Assembly (NCBI RefSeq): GCF_030144855.1
Contig: NC_082717.1
Span: 19,096,001 to 19,160,000 of the forward strand
Direction: 5' to 3'
DNA: 64,000 nucleotides
Source of the DNA: Hypanus sabinus
Taxonomy: Eukaryota
Part shown: positions 63,089 to 64,000 of the stretch, piece by piece
How the letters are laid out: each line of letters starts with the position of its first letter
How positions within the stretch are numbered: position 1 is the first letter of the stretch
The notes under the pieces: generated by a model
Database searches by the model: none
Seen by the model: the letters and a program-made list of their open reading frames with translations, nothing else
What the model was told of the DNA's origin: nothing
Translations under genes and position numbers: made by a program

Positions 63089-63659
63089 AATACCTAGCCA
63101 ACTAGGATGCAACATTCATGGTTGACAGGGACTGACAGAGACCCACACCGCACCAGACGCTACCTGATGTGCTGAATTCCTCCAGCATGGTGTGTGTGTT
63201 GCTTTAAATTTCCAGTATCTCCAGAATTTCTTGTGCTGCTGACATTTCTGTGATGCTTTTTGCTACACTTTGTTCAAGATGTTAAATTATTGCAGTTGTT
63301 CTGGTAGCGACTGGCTGCTCTTTGAATGCAGTGCCACAAATCCCTCCCACTGACACAGCTTTTCAACTTGCTCTGCCTGGATTCCCACAGGGAGAATGCA
63401 GTGAACTTTCAGCAACTGCATGGCACAGCAATCATAGGGAGATTTGAACTCGTGCCTCGGCCACTCATTGAGAGTTCAGGCTACCAATCCAGTAAGGTAA
63501 CCATTGAACAACTACACTCAGTGATCTCCCAAGCTGCAACACTTTATCCTTGTCTGAATTAAACTTCATCTGAAACTTCACCACTCAAATTTCCAACTGA
63601 TCTACGCTCAGTGCCTCCTCATTAGCTACCTCCTGTACCTAGTGAAGAAGCCGCTGAGC

Positions 63660-63772
63660 GCATACAAGTGATCTTCTTCTGCCATAGGGCCAATGCGTTG
63701 CGTATTCGGAGATTTTGTTCTGTACACTACTGTAAAGTGTGGTTATTTGAGTTACTGTCGCCTTCCTGTCAG
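63660..63772. mobile_element. Possible Tc1/mariner-derived fragment
   Basis: gtgtggttatttgagttactgtcgccttcctgtcag resembles a motif I associate with fish Tc1-like elements; recognised from memory only. Confidence 0.35.
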
Positions 63773-64000
63773 GAGATAAGAACATAAGGAATAGGAGCAG
63801 GAGCAGGCCATTTGGCCCGTCAAGCCTGTTCTGTCATTCAATGAGATCATGGCTGATCTGACCATGGGCTCATCTCCACCTACCTGCCTTTTCCCCATAA
63901 TCCTTAATGCGAAACCATAACCCTACTAAACAAAACTGTGTCTAACCTTGTCTTAAATATATTTACTGAGGTAGCCTCCACTGCTTCACTTGGCAGAGAG
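63773..64000 (-). mobile_element. CR1 LINE 3' end (runs off the window)
   Basis: ataagaacataaggaataggagcaggagcaggccatttggccc... same 3' UTR type as 57890-58050. Confidence 0.85.

Overview
Eukaryotic (vertebrate) non-genic DNA that is very rich in decayed retroelements. The repeat repertoire (CR1 LINEs, Rex1/Babar LINE tails, V-SINE/HE1-like SINEs, Penelope-like elements) points to a cartilaginous fish, probably a ray; this is inferred from family types. I could not support any host protein-coding exon, rRNA, tRNA or CRISPR array, and every recognisable ORF is transposon-derived. Main contents: two large CR1 copies (4450-6795 +, 57890-60970 -) plus many fragments; a Mag-type Gypsy element with both LTRs, a 5-bp TSD, PBS and PPT but no RT domain (18536-22382); three or four solo LTRs; a 5'-truncated HERO-type RLE retrotransposon; two L1 tails; two Penelope-like GIY-YIG remnants; and a 28-bp minisatellite. 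The most notable signal is a dispersed family of about 14 Penelope-derived terminal modules, most carrying an intact or decayed minimal hammerhead ribozyme core (consensus AGTC-CTGATGA-A-GGGT-CTCG-GCCC-GAAA-CGTC-GACT). The family includes fold-back copies and a 93-bp stand-alone insertion with an 11-bp TSD and an intact catalytic core. Several repeat-free, homeobox-motif-rich islands look like candidate conserved non-coding enhancers. Boundaries of old repeats are approximate (read by eye).
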